From IMG/VR virus record IMGVR_UViG_3300013132_000045: 20,000 nucleotides of DNA. One strand, 5' to 3'. This document shows positions 16,532 to 20,000 of this stretch, one piece after another. Below the pieces are notes generated by a model. It was given only the letters and a program-made list of their open reading frames with translations. It did not search any database and was not told the origin of the DNA. The DNA is from an uncultured virus (IMG/VR IMGVR_UViG_3300013132_000045) (lineage: Duplodnaviria; Heunggongvirae; Uroviricota; Caudoviricetes). Position 1 is the stretch's first letter. Each line of letters opens with the position of its first letter. The position numbers were made by a program, and so were the translations under genes.

Positions 16532-17755
16532 ATGGGACAAATTATTCGTGGTGGCGAACAGTTTGAAACTGCCATTCAAGCTGATCATCGCGGACAAATT
16601 GTCAAGCAGGGGCCAGATAGTGGCGCAGTAGATGCTTTTGGCAGGGTTCGCATTAGTGAGCCCTTCACCTTGTTTGATAGCACGCTTCGTCATAGCGAAA
16701 ACGCTGGCAAGTGGAGCACCACTGTTGCAGGCAGTGGAGCCTATTCGCACTCCACCAACGAAAGCTCAGTACTGATGACGGTCACGGCGTCGGGAGATAG
16801 CGTGTTGCGACGCACAAGGCAGCGATTCCCTTATCAGCCAGGCAAGAGCCTGATGGTGCTGCAAAGCTTTGCCGGAGGCATTCTTCAAGAGGGTTTAGTG
16901 CAAGAAGTGGGGCTGTTTGACAACAATAATGGCATCATGCTTCGTGCCAGTGGCACCACTGTTCAATTTGTCATTCGCAGCTTCACCACTGGCAGCCCCG
17001 TGGAGACAATTGCTGATCAAAGTGCTTGGAACATTGACACTGCTTCATGGCTTGATTTCACTAAAACGAACATCTTTCTAGCCGATTTGGAATGGCTGGG
17101 AGTGGGAAGAGTGAGAATGGGCTTTGTTAAGGACGGGGAGCATTATTACTGCCACGAATTTAACCATGCCAATTTACTGGACAAAGTGTATATGACAACT
17201 GCCGTGTTGCCATTGTCCTATCGCATTGCTGCCAGTGATTATGCTCCTGCAACAATGAGGCAAATCTGCTCGTCAGTGATGAGCGAAGGAGGATATGAGC
17301 CTGCAGGAGCCATTTACATTGCCGGACGTGGTGCAGCTACTTTTTCTGCCATTTCTTCTGAAACAATGGTGGCAGCTATTCGCATGGCCAGTGGCCGCAC
17401 TGACAATGTTATTCTTCCTGCACAAGTAGATGTGAGTGTTGGGGGCAAACAAAATGACAACACTGTGGCTCAATGGCGCCTACGTCTCAATCCAACCATT
17501 AGTGGCGTTTGGAGCGCGGCAGATAATGGGAGGGGCAATGTGCAGACGATGAGCAGCGGCACGTTCAGTGGAGGCACTGTCGTGGGAGGAGGGCTGGTCG
17601 CCGCTCGTAGCGACGTGGAATTCTCGCCCGAAAGCGGCTTGGCTCTGTCCCTTGGCGTGAATGCCTCAGGAGAAAGCGACGTTCTTGCCCTCACCATTCA
17701 ATGCAGCTCCTCCCAAGAAGCCACTGGTCTAATTGGCTGGCGAGAAGTGCTATAA
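16532..17755 (+). CDS. Conserved phage virion-associated beta-rich protein (possible lectin/concanavalin-like fold)
   Basis: 407 aa with DAFGRVRISEPFTLFD, YQPGKS, WLGVGRVRMG, LPLSY and a W-x-E C-terminus, motifs recalled from an uncharacterised phage protein family. The fold is inferred. Confidence 0.6.
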   Translation: MGQIIRGGEQFETAIQADHRGQIVKQGPDSGAVDAFGRVRISEPFTLFDSTLRHSENAGKWSTTVAGSGAYSHSTNESSVLMTVTASGDSVLRRTRQRFPYQPGKSLMVLQSFAGGILQEGLVQEVGLFDNNNGIMLRASGTTVQFVIRSFTTGSPVETIADQSAWNIDTASWLDFTKTNIFLADLEWLGVGRVRMGFVKDGEHYYCHEFNHANLLDKVYMTTAVLPLSYRIAASDYAPATMRQICSSVMSEGGYEPAGAIYIAGRGAATFSAISSETMVAAIRMASGRTDNVILPAQVDVSVGGKQNDNTVAQWRLRLNPTISGVWSAADNGRGNVQTMSSGTFSGGTVVGGGLVAARSDVEFSPESGLALSLGVNASGESDVLALTIQCSSSQEATGLIGWREVL

Positions 17756-17775
17756 CAAATAAAAGATAAAGGGGC

Positions 17776-17781
17776 TAAACT
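17776..17781 (+). promoter_or_regulatory. Putative -10 box (GC)TAAACT
   Basis: 22 nt before ATG 17804, intergenic. Confidence 0.6.
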
Positions 17782-17803
17782 AATATGATGAGAGCCTAAT
17801 GCA

Positions 17804-18142
17804 ATGGTAGATCCGGGGCGTTATGACATTACCATTCATCAGGGCGCTACTTTTGCGCTTGATTTGCAATATAAAGGCGGCAATGGCGTGCCAGTAAATA
17901 TGAGTGGTTATACAGTGGAAGCAGAACTGTGGAATAGGCTAGGCACATCAAAGCTCGCTGATTTTGTACAATCTTGGACCGTAAGGGCTAGTGGTAGTTT
18001 TAAGCTAGCATTAACATCGACAGTAACAAGTGGCATCACTGAACAGGGACAGTATGATGTTATGGTGACAGAACCCAGTGGAGATAAATATTATCTCCTC
18101 CAAGGCACTGCCTTTTATGATCCTGGCTTTACGGGGAGATAG
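17804..18142 (+). CDS. Putative fibre adaptor / Ig-like virion protein, paralogue 2
   Basis: 112 aa, YDITIHQGATF...PVNMSGYT...QYDV...YYLLQG. Aligns with 15097-15438. Confidence 0.65.
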   Translation: MVDPGRYDITIHQGATFALDLQYKGGNGVPVNMSGYTVEAELWNRLGTSKLADFVQSWTVRASGSFKLALTSTVTSGITEQGQYDVMVTEPSGDKYYLLQGTAFYDPGFTGR

Positions 18143-18145
18143 GCC

Positions 18146-18373
18146 ATGCAAGTTATTGTTAGTCCCTCCTGCGAAAGTTCAATTGTCACTGTTATTCATC
18201 CAGGGCCTCAAGGTCCTCCAGGGCCACAAGGCGGCCAAGCAGGAAGCGGCCTAATTGTAGACGATGCCGCTAAGATAGACAAAAGCGTTGTCTATTACGA
18301 CGGACCATCAGCTAGCTATAAAGCTGATGCCACTTGGACAATTTCTACTATTGTTGACGGAGCTAACTTTTAA
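18146..18373 (+). CDS. Short collagen-like linker protein
   Basis: 75 aa with GPQGPPGPQG, ends IVDGANF, TAATG-coupled to the next gene. Confidence 0.75.
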   Translation: MQVIVSPSCESSIVTVIHPGPQGPPGPQGGQAGSGLIVDDAAKIDKSVVYYDGPSASYKADATWTISTIVDGANF

Positions 18374-19641
18374 TGGCCAACACTATTCGCATTAAGCGTC
18401 GCGTGAGTGGAGCCGCTGGTGCTCCGTCTACTCTTAAGAACGCTGAATTAGCGTTTAACGAAGTAGATAATATTTTATACTATGGCAAAGGCTCAGATGG
18501 CAGCAATAATGCAACTACCATTCCAGCAATTGCTGGTGATGGTGCTTTTGTTTCACTTACTGGCGCTCAAACAATTTCAGGCAATAAAACTTTTACTGGC
18601 ACGGTAGGACTTGGTGGTGCCACGCTTAGTGGCAATGCAAGTTTTCTTAGTGATGTAACTGTTGGCGGCAATTTAACTGTTAATGGCACTACCACCACTG
18701 TTAATAGCACTACTGTTACTGTTGATGATAAAAATATTGAACTTGGTAGCGTTGCTTCCCCGACAGACGTAACGGCTGATGGTGGTGGCATCACACTGAA
18801 AGGCACCACGGATAAAACTTTCAACTGGGTGGACGCCACTGATGCCTGGACTGCCAGCGAACATCTTAATCTGGCTAGCGGCAAATCATATTTTATCAAT
18901 GGCACCAATGTTTTAAGCTCCACTGCGCTTGGCACTGGCATCGTTAGCTCTAGCCTCACCGCTGTTGGCACGATTAGTAGCGGCACCTGGCAAGGCACGA
19001 CTATAGGCACTGCTTATGGTGGCACTGGTCAAAGCACCTATACCAATGGTCAATTGCTCATTGGTAATACCACGGGCAACACGCTGACAAAGGCCACGTT
19101 GACGGCTGGTTCTGGCATCAGCATTACCAACGGCACTGGCTCCATTACGATCAATGCCTCAGGTGCTAATTTCTCAGCGGGCAGTGGCCTCACGCTAGAT
19201 GGCAGCACGCTTCATGTCAATTTGAAGGCCAATGGTGGCATTGTTTTTGAAAGTAATAATCTTGCCGTTGATCTTGGTGCTTCCAGCATTACTGGCACTC
19301 TTGCCATTGCTGATGGTGGTACGGGCGCCACCACAGCTTCTGGCGTACGAGCTGGTCTTGATTTGGAAGTAGGTATTGACCTACAAGCATGGGACGCCGA
19401 CCTGGACACTTTGTCTGGCATGCAAGCTGGTGCTGCCACGGCTTTGGCGGCGCTCACTTCCACAGAAGTTGCCGTCATTGATGGCTCCACTGCTGCCACT
19501 GCTACCACGCTTGCTTCGGCTGATAGGATGGTAATTAACGATAATGGTGCAATGGTGCAAGTGGCGCTTAGTGATTTAGTGACCTTCCTAGAAGATGGAG
19601 CCGTTTCTGGACTTGATATTGATGGTGGAACTTTCCCCTAA
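18373..19641 (+). CDS. Accessory fibre protein
   Basis: 422 aa. N-terminal MANTIRIKRR...APSTLKNAELAFNEVDNILYYG (Mtd/hyaluronidase N-terminal-like), GNLTVNGTTTTVNSTTVTVDDKNIELG, LAIADGGTGATTA, ends IDGGTFP. Confidence 0.85.
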   Translation: MANTIRIKRRVSGAAGAPSTLKNAELAFNEVDNILYYGKGSDGSNNATTIPAIAGDGAFVSLTGAQTISGNKTFTGTVGLGGATLSGNASFLSDVTVGGNLTVNGTTTTVNSTTVTVDDKNIELGSVASPTDVTADGGGITLKGTTDKTFNWVDATDAWTASEHLNLASGKSYFINGTNVLSSTALGTGIVSSSLTAVGTISSGTWQGTTIGTAYGGTGQSTYTNGQLLIGNTTGNTLTKATLTAGSGISITNGTGSITINASGANFSAGSGLTLDGSTLHVNLKANGGIVFESNNLAVDLGASSITGTLAIADGGTGATTASGVRAGLDLEVGIDLQAWDADLDTLSGMQAGAATALAALTSTEVAVIDGSTAATATTLASADRMVINDNGAMVQVALSDLVTFLEDGAVSGLDIDGGTFP

Positions 19642-19680
19642 GTTTAATCTTTTGTTTTTGCCCATTGCTTTTCTTTTCTA

Positions 19681-20000
19681 ATGCCGCGCAAGACAAATAT
19701 TGTCATTCGTAATGGCACCGCTGCTCCCAGTGGCGCTGACTTTAATGTGGGCGAACCTGCATGGGACAAAACGGCGAAGAAGCTATATATCAAAGCTGGT
19801 GATAATACAATGGCAGAAATTGGCGCTGGTGGAGGCTCTGTCTCCATTGGCACCAGTGCAGCGGATGTGCTGTCTGCTGCTGCCGGTGTAATCACCGCTG
19901 ATGATGCGGCTGCCGATAAGCTCGTCTTCTGGGATGACAGCGCAGACAAGCTGACATATCTTACGGTAGGAAGTAACCTAACCATTACTGACACTACTAT
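19681..20000 (+). CDS. Accessory fibre protein, 3'-truncated (not in the ORF track)
   Basis: Open from ATG 19681 to the window end: MPRKTNIVIRNGTAAPSGADFNVGEPAWDKTAKKLYIKAG...ADKLVFWDDSADKLTYLTVGSNLTITDTT. Same type of N-terminal domain as the previous gene. Confidence 0.85.
   Translation, partial: MPRKTNIVIRNGTAAPSGADFNVGEPAWDKTAKKLYIKAGDNTMAEIGAGGGSVSIGTSAADVLSAAAGVITADDAAADKLVFWDDSADKLTYLTVGSNLTITDTT

Noticed and set aside
18364..18375. Programmed frameshift fusing the collagen-like ORF to the next fibre
   Set aside because: No canonical X XXY YYZ slippery heptamer, and there is a stop at 18364-18366 in the downstream frame; TAATG coupling explains the junction.
182..19994. Numerous minus-strand and alternate-frame ORFs in the track (e.g. 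11553-12011, 13600-14142, 18567-19010, 19644-19994)
   Set aside because: They lie within convincing + strand genes and are shadows of Ala/Thr/Gly-rich codon usage, with no recognisable motifs.

Overview
The window is the tail morphogenesis region of a tailed dsDNA phage with a siphovirus-type (long non-contractile) tail. All credible genes are on the + strand and most are translationally coupled. Gene order: HK97 gp10-like protein (probably 5'-partial), 1487-aa tape measure protein (TMP), distal tail/gpM-like, gpL-like, gpK-like NlpC/P60, gpI/J-like tail tip, two tail-tube-fold proteins, a 1238-aa tail fibre, then a cluster of accessory fibre/adaptor genes that runs off the 3' end. Protein motifs and Shine-Dalgarno-poor, pyrimidine-rich leaders suggest a cyanophage-like virus; this is inference, and all family assignments come from recalled motifs, not searches. 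Main observations: (1) a TAnnnT -10-like box, usually preceded by C or GC, 21-23 nt upstream of seven start codons; (2) one copy has a perfect TTGACA 17 nt upstream and fronts a small non-structural-looking gene (moron-like); (3) an NlpC/P60 domain with Cys-His-His intact inside the TMP, while the stand-alone gpK-like gene lacks the His; (4) a tandem repeat array at the TMP N-terminus; (5) a repeat-bounded 89-codon segment near the fibre tip; (6) duplicated adaptor modules and a possible head-to-tail chain of fibre proteins; (7) two genes missed by the ORF track. I saw no RNA genes, CRISPR arrays, integrase, transposase or reverse transcriptase.
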